Below are positions 18,791 through 26,197 of a DNA stretch of 45,765 bases, one piece after another. Source of the stretch: a virus. Its lineage: Duplodnaviria > Caudoviricetes. A program made the position numbers and the translations under genes. The notes under the pieces were generated by a model. That model had not been told where the DNA came from. It did not search any database and saw only the letters and a list, made by a program, of their open reading frames with translations. Location of the stretch: positions 1 to 45,765 of IMG/VR virus record IMGVR_UViG_3300049781_000043, one strand, 5' to 3'. How positions within the stretch are numbered: position 1 is the stretch's first letter; every line of letters starts with the position of its first letter.

Positions 18791-19156
18791 ATGTCCACTG
18801 GTTCCCCTGGTCTGCTCGGTTGGCCGTGGCCCTGGCCGGGCGGTGATGGCGAGGACCCGCCGGCGCCGCCGGAGCCGGTCACGAGCTACCTCCACCTCGC
18901 GGACGGCACCCTCTCCCAGATCACCGTGACCGGCACGGACCCGGTGATCCCCGAGGGCGCGAAGCTGGTGACGCAAGAGGAGTACGAGCAGCTGCGCGGG
19001 GCGATGCTCGAAGCCCGCGAGGCCCGTATCGCCGAGCTGATGGCCGCCGAGGAGGAGTCGATGCGCACGCAGTACGCCGACCTGAAGGCGGCCGGTATCC
19101 CCGAGGCGACCGCGCGGGCCCTGTCCCGCTACGAGGGCCCGGCGGAGGGGGCGTAA
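18791..19156 (+). CDS. Small partner of fibre C (putative chaperone)
   Basis: GAGGAG RBS before ATG 18791; YADLKAAGIPEATARALSRYEGP. Confidence 0.7.
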   Translation: MSTGSPGLLGWPWPWPGGDGEDPPAPPEPVTSYLHLADGTLSQITVTGTDPVIPEGAKLVTQEEYEQLRGAMLEAREARIAELMAAEEESMRTQYADLKAAGIPEATARALSRYEGPAEGA

Positions 19157-19159
19157 AGC

Positions 19160-19197
19160 TACACTCCAGGCACGACGCCGCTGGTTCTGGGCCGGGC
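19160..19197 (+). promoter_or_regulatory. Late-leader element copy 7 (19177-19197) with -10-like TACACT (19160-19165)
   Basis: GCCGCTGGTTCTGGGCCGGGC. Confidence 0.85.
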
Positions 19198-19223
19198 AGA
19201 CCCCCTCCTCGGGAGCAGAGCCC

Positions 19224-19535
19224 ATGTCCCCTCGCGGCGCGCCCTCCGCACCGCCCCGGCCGTCTGTCGGCCGGATCGTCCATTACCGCAGCCACGGCAC
19301 GCCCGTCCGCGAGGACGGCAGCCAGGCGCACCCGCCGCGGTGCCGGGCCGCGATCATCACCGACGTCTACGACGAGACCAACCCGCACCCCGACCCCGAG
19401 GTTGTCACCGGGGTCGAGGGCGCGGAGTGGGTCGCCCTCGCCGTGCTCAACCCACGCGGCACCTTCCACGACGACGCCTGTCACGACGAGACGACGAAGC
19501 TCGGCGGCACGTGGCACTGGCCGGAGGTGGTCTAG
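19224..19535 (+). CDS. Conserved phage hypothetical protein (PSVGRIVHY...GTWHWP type)
   Basis: PSVGRIVHY, RAAIIT and GTWHWP motifs recurrent in actinophages. Confidence 0.8.
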   Translation: MSPRGAPSAPPRPSVGRIVHYRSHGTPVREDGSQAHPPRCRAAIITDVYDETNPHPDPEVVTGVEGAEWVALAVLNPRGTFHDDACHDETTKLGGTWHWPEVV

Positions 19536-20639
19536 GTGTCCGACCCGATGACCCCGGCCGAGTGGCGGGCGGCGCTCAAGACCGAAGGCGTGCGGTTCAC
19601 CGAGCTGTCGGGGTGGACCAGCCGCGGCCGCGACCAGGCGACGGGGAAGATCTTCGGGCCGGTCCACGGCTCCCTGAACCACCACACAGCCGGGTCCGAC
19701 TCCCTCCAGTCCATCGCCTACCAGGGGCAGAGCGCAGCCGTTCCCGCGCCGCTCGCTCACGCCTACCTGCCCAAGACGGGCGTCCTGGTCCTCGTCGCCG
19801 ACGGCCGCGCGAACCATGCCGGGCTCGCGGCGCGGAACTCGTGGGACGCGATCGTCGCCGAGAAGCCGATCCCCAAGCCGAGCAAGGCGAGCGGCACCGT
19901 CGACGGCAATGACGGCCTCTATGGGATCGAGGTCGAAAACGTCGGCACCGGCCGGGACACGTACACCCGCGAGCAGTACGACACATGGGTCCGGTACAAC
20001 GCCGCGATCTGCCGTCACCACGGCTGGACCGAGGGCAGCGTCGCCGGGCACCTGGAGACCTCGGTCGAGGGCAAGATCGACCCGGCCGGGCCCGTCGAGG
20101 GCTACGGACGGCGCGGTCGCTTCACGTTCACCATGGCGCAGCTGCGCGCCGACGTCCGCGAGCGCCTGGCGCACCAGGCGTCATGGAGCCCGCCCACCGC
20201 CGAGGAGGCACCCCCCACCATGACGCCCGCGTACGTGAACTTGGGGCTCGTCCACTCCTACCGTCTCGCCCCCGGGACGTGGGGCGACGTCGAGTTCACG
20301 CAGGAGTGGACCGACGAGCCGGGTGACCACGCCGCGAACAGCGCGGTGTTCGTCCAGGGCGCGGCCCGCTTCACCGGCACCCTCAGCCTTCGGTTCGAGG
20401 GCCTGCCGGAGGGTGACGTCGTCCAGGTCCGGCAAGCCGAATACGAGGGCACCACGCTCAAGACGAACCACCCGATCACGGAGGTGATCAGCACCCCGGG
20501 CGGCACGTACGGCACCGTCGCCCTGGTGAACCGGCTGGGCGCCGGCCGCTCGATGCGGCTCCGGCTGCTGAACCAGTCGACCGAGGACGTCGAGGTCGCC
20601 AGCGCCGTCCTCAAGGCGCTCGTATGGAAGGAGAGTTGA
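19536..20639 (+). CDS. Endolysin, N-acetylmuramoyl-L-alanine amidase (Amidase_2)
   Basis: HHTAG, RANHAG, GIEVEN, GHLE and KIDP Zn-amidase motifs. Confidence 0.92.
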   Translation: MSDPMTPAEWRAALKTEGVRFTELSGWTSRGRDQATGKIFGPVHGSLNHHTAGSDSLQSIAYQGQSAAVPAPLAHAYLPKTGVLVLVADGRANHAGLAARNSWDAIVAEKPIPKPSKASGTVDGNDGLYGIEVENVGTGRDTYTREQYDTWVRYNAAICRHHGWTEGSVAGHLETSVEGKIDPAGPVEGYGRRGRFTFTMAQLRADVRERLAHQASWSPPTAEEAPPTMTPAYVNLGLVHSYRLAPGTWGDVEFTQEWTDEPGDHAANSAVFVQGAARFTGTLSLRFEGLPEGDVVQVRQAEYEGTTLKTNHPITEVISTPGGTYGTVALVNRLGAGRSMRLRLLNQSTEDVEVASAVLKALVWKES

Positions 20640-20642
20640 GCC

Positions 20643-20867
20643 ATGGCAGCAAGGCACGTGGTAGAGAGCAAGGTGAAGTGGTCGACGGCCGGGGCTTACC
20701 TGGCGTCGTCCGGGGTCCTCGGGGTCCTCGGCGCGGTCGAGGACTCCCACATCGTCGACGGGATGCCCGACAGCGTCAGCGCCCTCGTCCTGTCCCTCGT
20801 CCCCGCCCTGGTGACGTTCGTCGCCGGGTGGAAGGCCAAGCACACCCCGCGCCCCGGGGCCGGGTGA
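20643..20867 (+). CDS. Holin
   Basis: 74 aa, two hydrophobic segments, VESKVK and GWKAKHTPR, directly after endolysin. Confidence 0.85.
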   Translation: MAARHVVESKVKWSTAGAYLASSGVLGVLGAVEDSHIVDGMPDSVSALVLSLVPALVTFVAGWKAKHTPRPGAG

Positions 20868-20871
20868 GCGC

Positions 20872-21276
20872 ATGGACGTGACCACCGGTATCCCGGCCCT
20901 CGACGCCGCGCTCGTGTGGGGCGGAGTCATCTCCGTCCTCGGCACCGTCGGCACGGTCGTGTGGCGAGCGGGCCGGTCGGTGCACCGGGTGGTCGGCCGT
21001 ACGGGGCAGTTCCTCGACGACTGGTACGGGGAGGACGGCCGGCCGGGTGTCCCTGCCCGGCCGGGCGTGATGATGCGCCTCGCGTCGCTGGAGGACGGAC
21101 TCGACCACGTCCGTCACGAGGTGCGCCCGAACAGCGGGAGCAGCCTGCGGGACGCCGTCGACCTGGCGAACCAGCGGCTCGCCCGCATGTGCCCGGACCC
21201 GGAGCCGAACGGCCCGCCACCGGGCGACGAGCCACCTCCTGACGCGCTGCCCGGTGATCCGCCGGCGGCGCCGTAG
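20872..21276 (+). CDS. Lysis-cassette membrane protein
   Basis: One TM segment, FLDDWYGE and PNSGSSLRDAVD motifs typical of actinophage lysis-region proteins. Confidence 0.75.
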   Translation: MDVTTGIPALDAALVWGGVISVLGTVGTVVWRAGRSVHRVVGRTGQFLDDWYGEDGRPGVPARPGVMMRLASLEDGLDHVRHEVRPNSGSSLRDAVDLANQRLARMCPDPEPNGPPPGDEPPPDALPGDPPAAP

Positions 21277-21278
21277 AC

Positions 21279-21318
21279 CAGGACCCCACCCTCTCTGTGT
21301 CCGGAGGGTGGGGTCCTG
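21279..21318 (+). terminator. Intrinsic terminator hairpin ending late/lysis operon
   Basis: 15-bp stem CAGGACCCCACCCTC/GAGGGTGGGGTCCTG just after stop. Confidence 0.85.
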
Positions 21319-21357
21319 CTGTGGGATCCTGTCGGGCGCACGAGACGGAGGACACCC

Positions 21358-21879
21358 GTGACCGCTGCTGACCACGACATTGACGCCATCCTCGCCGCGC
21401 TGCCGAAGCCGGACCCCTGGCAGATATGGGAGGAGGTCCAGGCCGCGCGCCGTGCGGCCGCCGCGGCTCCGCCCCCGGAGCCGGGCATCATCCCCGAGCC
21501 TGAGCACGTCTATCCGCCCGGTCACCGCTGGTGGTGGCGGTTCCTCGCCTTCCCCTGCGCGCACCGGTGCGGGTGGGCGCACATGGAGGATCTGCTCCTC
21601 AACGACTTGGAGGACGCGGCCCAGCCGTTCGTGATCAAGGCCGGGACACCGGAGGACGTCACCCGGTCGATCACGGCCCGCGCGGACGCCCGCGCTGAGG
21701 AGCAGCGGCGCCGGATCGAGGACGCGATCCTCGAACATCTGCGTACCGTTCATTCAGATCACGAGGTCGTGTGCACACTAGGGGCGGGTCCGCTGCCCTC
21801 CCCGTCAGCAGGCCCGCCCGTGGCCCCGCCGTCTTCCCCCCCGATGGCGGGGCCTCAACATGCCCGAGGAGAGTCGTGA
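21358..21879 (+). CDS. Hypothetical protein
   Basis: GGAGG RBS, high GC3, CxxxCxxxH motif. Confidence 0.7.
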   Translation: MTAADHDIDAILAALPKPDPWQIWEEVQAARRAAAAAPPPEPGIIPEPEHVYPPGHRWWWRFLAFPCAHRCGWAHMEDLLLNDLEDAAQPFVIKAGTPEDVTRSITARADARAEEQRRRIEDAILEHLRTVHSDHEVVCTLGAGPLPSPSAGPPVAPPSSPPMAGPQHARGES

Positions 21880-22154
21880 CCGACCAGAGCGAGACGGCCG
21901 GGTGTCCGTGGTGTGGGCACGCCATCGAGGGGCACGAGATCCAGGCCGGGCACCCGGTGTGCACGCGAGGACGTGAACGGCCGTCATGCCGGGCCTGTGC
22001 GGGGATCCGTGACGCGCTGGCCGAGGCGCGTCCGCTGACGTTCGCCGGGGTGATGAGGCACCCGCCGAGCGTGCAGCCCTGGCCGCTGGTGTACGGGCGC
22101 CCCCTCCGCGCGGGAGTAACGCACCCCCCGGCTACGGTCCCCGACGTCAGATAG
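21876..22154 (+). CDS. Hypothetical Cys/His (Zn-finger-like) protein
   Basis: GTGA overlap; CPWCGH...H...C...CRAC. Confidence 0.65.
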   Translation: MTDQSETAGCPWCGHAIEGHEIQAGHPVCTRGRERPSCRACAGIRDALAEARPLTFAGVMRHPPSVQPWPLVYGRPLRAGVTHPPATVPDVR

Positions 22155-22395
22155 CAGCTGCTGCTACTCGACACCGACGCCCGCCCGGCGACTCGACTCC
22201 CAGGCGGGCGCTGGTCATTTCATGCGACGCGCCCTCGACGCTCTCGGGGTCGGCGGCGGCCCACTCGACGAGGAGGCGATGCCACCGCGCGGTGCGTGCG
22301 GGGCTGGCGGGCTCGTCCATGAGCTGTCGGATCGCTTCGTTGACGCGGGCCCGATCAGGACGCACCGGGCCGGGAGACCACGCTCGGGAGGGCAT
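22147..22395 (-). CDS. Small hypothetical protein divergent from XRE regulator
   Basis: MPSRAW...VNEAIRQLM...WHRLLVEWAAA resembles small Streptomyces prophage proteins found next to XRE genes. Confidence 0.6.
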   Translation of the reverse strand: MPSRAWSPGPVRPDRARVNEAIRQLMDEPASPARTARWHRLLVEWAAADPESVEGASHEMTSARLGVESPGGRRCRVAAAAI

Positions 22396-22531
22396 AACCG
22401 TCACCGTACGAGAGGCGTCTGACACCGCGCGTAGGGTGGGCAGAACAACGCCCCCACCGCAGCTCGGGGGCGCGGCGGGGGCGCTGTTCGGAGTAGCGTT
22501 CTGAGTGTCTAGGTCAGAACGGAGCACCAGT

Positions 22532-23776
22532 ATGCCCCTCAGCAGTGACGAGCACATCGGTACCCGCGTCCGCATCGCCCGCAATGCCGCCGGTTTGACC
22601 CAAGTTGAGCTAGCGGATTTCCTCACGAAGTCGAGCGATTGGGTCGCTGGCGTCGAGAACGGGCGTCTACCACTCGACCGATTCAGCGTCATAACCGCGA
22701 TTGCTGAACGCTGTGATGTTGACGTGGTCTGGCTCCTCGGCCAGCCCTACCGCCTCAAGCGCAACGGCGGTTCCCTGGCGCACGCTCACATCCCGGCCCT
22801 GCGTACCGGTCTGCGCCGGTCCGGGCTCATCCTGTCCGGTCACCCGGGCCTCGTCCCGACGGGCGCGCCGGTCGACCTGGTGACGCTGCGCCGGCGCTCC
22901 GCCGAGGCCAACAGTGCGCGCCAGGCGGCGAACCTGCCGAAGGTCGCCACCCTCCTCCCGCCGCTCGTCGAGGACTTGAACACCGCGCTCCTCGTCGCCG
23001 ACGGCCTCGCCCGCGAGGGCGCGTTCCGGCTCCTGGCGGACGCCGCCCGCACCGCGCGCATGTGCCTCAACCAATTGGGTTACCCCGATTTGGCGTGGTT
23101 GTCGGCGGAGGTCGCGGCCGGCGCGGCGACGCAGCTCGGCGACCCGGTCACGAAGGCGGCTGTTGCGTGGGACCGGTGCGGTGCCCTGCTGCACCAAGCC
23201 ACCCTGCGGGAGGCCGTCGCTGTCGCCGATGCCGCGCTGAGGGACCTGGAGCCGTACGCGAGCGCCCGGGGCGCCGACGAGCGGGCCGTGTCCCTGCGGG
23301 GTGCGCTGCACCTGCGGGCGTCGATCGGGTACGCCCGCGGGGGTCGTGCCACCGATGCGTGGGCCCGCATTGACGCCGCGTTGGAGGATGCCGACCGGCT
23401 CGGCCCGACCTGGTACGACCTGGACGCACAGACGGTGTTCGGGAGGGGCGTGGTCGCCGTCCACGCCGCCGAGGCTGGGGTCGAGGTCGACCAGCCCGAT
23501 ACGGGGCTGAAGCGAGTCCCGAACGCGGACGTCAGCAACATCCCGAGCAAGGAACGCAAGACGCATTTCGCGATCGACGAGGCTCGTGCTCTGCACCGCA
23601 TGGGGCGCAGCGCCTCGGCCGTGGTGAAGCTGCGCGAGGCGGCCGGGCAGGCGCCGTACTACGTCTACGCCGACCCCATGTCGAGGGCGTTGGTGTCGGA
23701 CCTGGCTCGGGTCGGCGTGCCGTCGCAGGCGTCGACCCTGTCCGGGCTCATTCGGAACATGGAACTCGTCAGCTGA
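22532..23776 (+). CDS. XRE-family HTH regulator with long helical (TPR-like) C-terminal domain
   Basis: IGTRVRIARNAAGLTQVELA...WVAGVENG; alternative start GTG 22505. Confidence 0.88.
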   Translation: MPLSSDEHIGTRVRIARNAAGLTQVELADFLTKSSDWVAGVENGRLPLDRFSVITAIAERCDVDVVWLLGQPYRLKRNGGSLAHAHIPALRTGLRRSGLILSGHPGLVPTGAPVDLVTLRRRSAEANSARQAANLPKVATLLPPLVEDLNTALLVADGLAREGAFRLLADAARTARMCLNQLGYPDLAWLSAEVAAGAATQLGDPVTKAAVAWDRCGALLHQATLREAVAVADAALRDLEPYASARGADERAVSLRGALHLRASIGYARGGRATDAWARIDAALEDADRLGPTWYDLDAQTVFGRGVVAVHAAEAGVEVDQPDTGLKRVPNADVSNIPSKERKTHFAIDEARALHRMGRSASAVVKLREAAGQAPYYVYADPMSRALVSDLARVGVPSQASTLSGLIRNMELVS

Positions 23777-23817
23777 CGAGGGGGCGCACAACGGGGGCGC
23801 GCCGGTGACCGGAGTGC

Positions 23818-23836
23818 CCCTGAGAATTTCTCAGGG
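23818..23836. promoter_or_regulatory. Perfect palindrome CCCTGAGAA-T-TTCTCAGGG, putative operator
   Basis: 9-bp arms with 1-nt centre between XRE gene and downstream operon. Confidence 0.6.
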
Positions 23837-23909
23837 TCGGCCGCCTCCCCGCGCGCAAACCTAGGTAGGTCACTGTTCGTACCGACGTGATCACCTGGGG
23901 GTATCGGCA

Positions 23910-24482
23910 ATGGAGCCGGTCAACACCCGAGATTCGGCCGCCGCGGCGAGGGCGTACCTCGCGTTGGAGTGGCCCCTCGCATTGGGCCACCGGTACCGGC
24001 CCAAGCAGGGCTGCACGTGCGGCCGGTCCACCAACTGCGCCATCCCTGGCGCGCATCCGGTGCTGGGCGCCGGCCGCCTGGACGAGACGTCCGTGTCGGA
24101 GGCGCTGGAGTCCTCGCCGGGTGCCGGGCTCATCGCCTGGACCGAGCGGTTCGACGCTGTCCTCGTTCCGCGTCAGATCGGCATGGCGGCCATGGTCCTC
24201 CTCGACCGCGAGAAGCCGGTCACCTGCCTGATCGCCAGCCCCGACACGTACGCCCTCCTCGTCATGCCGTCGACGGGGCGTTACGCCGCGGTTGACCCGG
24301 CCGTCATGGTCTGCACCGGCGAGGACGGGTGGATCGCCCTCCCGCCGAGCCGGGGCGTGCGGTGGGACACCCCGCCGTGGATCGAGGGCACCACCGAGCC
24401 GCGGGGCCTGATCCATGGCGAAGAGATCCGCCACGCACTCGCCGACTGCTTCACCACCGTCCAGACCGGAGCGGGGCGGTGA
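23910..24482 (+). CDS. Bifunctional DNA primase/polymerase N-terminal-like protein (probably degenerate)
   Basis: CTCG...C..PGAHP, FDAVLVP and GWIALPPS motifs; expected DxD/H catalytic residues not intact. Confidence 0.7.
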   Translation: MEPVNTRDSAAAARAYLALEWPLALGHRYRPKQGCTCGRSTNCAIPGAHPVLGAGRLDETSVSEALESSPGAGLIAWTERFDAVLVPRQIGMAAMVLLDREKPVTCLIASPDTYALLVMPSTGRYAAVDPAVMVCTGEDGWIALPPSRGVRWDTPPWIEGTTEPRGLIHGEEIRHALADCFTTVQTGAGR

Positions 24483-24973
24483 TCTCCCCGCCCGTCATGA
24501 CCCCAGACGAGGAGGCCGTCGCCGAGTGGCTGCTGACCTTCGCGGCGTGGGGCAAGGAGCAGGCCGAGGAGGAGTGGCGCACCGAGGGCGTCGCCCTGCT
24601 CCAGTGGTGTAAGGAATTCGATGCGATCCGGCTGCCCCGTCCGCTCGTTCTCGCCGCGGCCGGCCGCCGGGTCCCGGCCGACGTGGACGACTACCTCGCG
24701 GCGGCGCTGCACGGCGCGCCCGTGTTCCGGGGGGCCAATGGCCAGTGGTTCTACGTCCTCGTCGAGCCCACCCTGACGGTCGACGGGCTCGACTACATCC
24801 GCGACCAGGTGCTCGGCGTGCCGCGCCCGGACTTGGTTGGGAATCGCGGCCGTTGGGGCTCGTACTGGTCGGTCCCCCTGACGAAGCCCGGTGCGCTGGG
24901 CAAGGTGGCCGCCGTGTCACAGCTCGTCGCGCACGGCCGTCTGATCATGGCGGAGCAGGAGGAGACGCCGTGA
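24479..24973 (+). CDS. Hypothetical protein (Prim-Pol-related actinobacterial family)
   Basis: GTGA overlap; FDAIRLP, FYVLV and LGVP motifs. Confidence 0.65.
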   Translation: MISPPVMTPDEEAVAEWLLTFAAWGKEQAEEEWRTEGVALLQWCKEFDAIRLPRPLVLAAAGRRVPADVDDYLAAALHGAPVFRGANGQWFYVLVEPTLTVDGLDYIRDQVLGVPRPDLVGNRGRWGSYWSVPLTKPGALGKVAAVSQLVAHGRLIMAEQEETP

Positions 24974-25350
24974 CGCCGACCGAGGAGCGGGCGGTCGCGG
25001 CCGGGGCCGTGCGCCGCGCGTACCTCGCCGGGCTCAACGCCGCAACCGCCGAGCGGGCCGAGGAGCTGCGCGAGCCCTTGGCGGAGCACGTCCGCGGTCT
25101 GGTCCCGTTGGTGCGCGACCTGGTCCCGTTCATGGACCCGTACCGGCGCCGGCAGTCCGAGCACTGCCTGACCCGGGCGGCCGAGACGCTGGAAGGCGCT
25201 CAGGAGGCCCGGGGGGCGGTCGCCTACACCTACGACCTCGCGGTGTCCGCTCGCGCCCTGCTGGCTCTGTACCGCCGTCCCCGGCCTCATGCCGAGGACG
25301 ACACGACTCCCGTCGGTGCGTGCCTGGGGACGGCGCACCGACGGGGCTGA
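24970..25350 (+). CDS. Hypothetical helical protein (DUF6415-like)
   Basis: GTGA overlap, GGAGG RBS; LAEHVRGLVPLV...LAVSARALL. Confidence 0.55.
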   Translation: MTPTEERAVAAGAVRRAYLAGLNAATAERAEELREPLAEHVRGLVPLVRDLVPFMDPYRRRQSEHCLTRAAETLEGAQEARGAVAYTYDLAVSARALLALYRRPRPHAEDDTTPVGACLGTAHRRG

Positions 25351-25522
25351 TCCTCCGGCCGTCCGCCTCCCCCGACGGGCGGCCGGAGCCAGACGCCCGC
25401 CCGTTCCCCGCTGCTCACACACACCAGGGAGCGGGCGGGCCCTAAGCCCCCGTCCCCGGCCGCGGTGCTCTTCCCGCCGCCGGGGCGGGCCAACCAACCA
25501 GAGCTACGAGAGGTCACCCACC

Positions 25523-25741
25523 ATGCCCGTACAGGAGACCGGCGGCGAGGGCGCGCGGCCCGTGCAGCACACGTCGATCACAGTGAGCGCGCTCGGCGTG
25601 CGCGTGCGGGCGGACGGCAGGACCGGGCTGGAAGCGTGGCGGGTCATCCGGCGTCGTCAGCCGCTGCTCGCCTGGGCAACCGTTGGGTACGTCGTGCTCC
25701 TCGTCGTGGGCGTCGTCGGGCTACTGGTGGCTGTCCAGTAA
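25523..25741 (+). CDS. Small membrane protein
   Basis: GAGAGG RBS; C-terminal TM segment. Confidence 0.6.
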   Translation: MPVQETGGEGARPVQHTSITVSALGVRVRADGRTGLEAWRVIRRRQPLLAWATVGYVVLLVVGVVGLLVAVQ

Positions 25742-25765
25742 GAGCAGACCCCGCCAAGTGCCGCT

Positions 25766-26197
25766 GTGTGCCGTCGTGGAAGGGGTGCCGCACCCGTGCA
25801 ACGGCAATGGACCAACGGAACCTGCTGGCTGTGGTGCGAGCGCAGCGACGTCGTAGTCCTGTGGCTCGGCCCGGTCCAGTGGGAGGGCGGGCACGCCCCG
25901 CTGTACGCGTGCCAGCAGTGCATTCGCTACCTGGAGAGAAAGCTCCTGGCGTGGCTGATAAGGGGCGGAGACAGGCCGGACCCCGGGCGGCTGCGCTGGG
26001 CCCGCTCCTCATGCTGGCTGTGGTGTCAGCGGCTCGACGTCCCCACGCTGCGGCTCGGCGCGGTGGAACGGGAGGGCCAGGCGGCTCCGCTCCACGTCTG
26101 CAACTCGTGCATACGCCGCCTGGAGGACAAGGCGCGCGCTGACTTCCGCTCAGCCATCCCTGGCCGGGCCGCAGGCCAACCGGAGGTCATCAGATGA
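25766..26197 (+). CDS. Protein with two tandem CWLWC...CxxC repeats
   Basis: Internal duplication visible in translation; start uncertain. Confidence 0.65.
   Translation: MCRRGRGAAPVQRQWTNGTCWLWCERSDVVVLWLGPVQWEGGHAPLYACQQCIRYLERKLLAWLIRGGDRPDPGRLRWARSSCWLWCQRLDVPTLRLGAVEREGQAAPLHVCNSCIRRLEDKARADFRSAIPGRAAGQPEVIR

Noticed and set aside
854-19197. Repeated 21-nt element as a CRISPR array, integron attC or shufflon crossover site
   Set aside because: Copies are dispersed over 18 kb rather than arrayed with spacers; no cas gene, invertase or integron integrase; all copies are direct; fixed spacing to start codons and G-U covariation fit an mRNA leader better
23910-24482. Prim-Pol gene as the phage replicase or sign of a nested AICE
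   Set aside because: Catalytic motif looks degenerate; no helicase, TraB or Rep genes; a better initiator/ori candidate exists at 42966-44072
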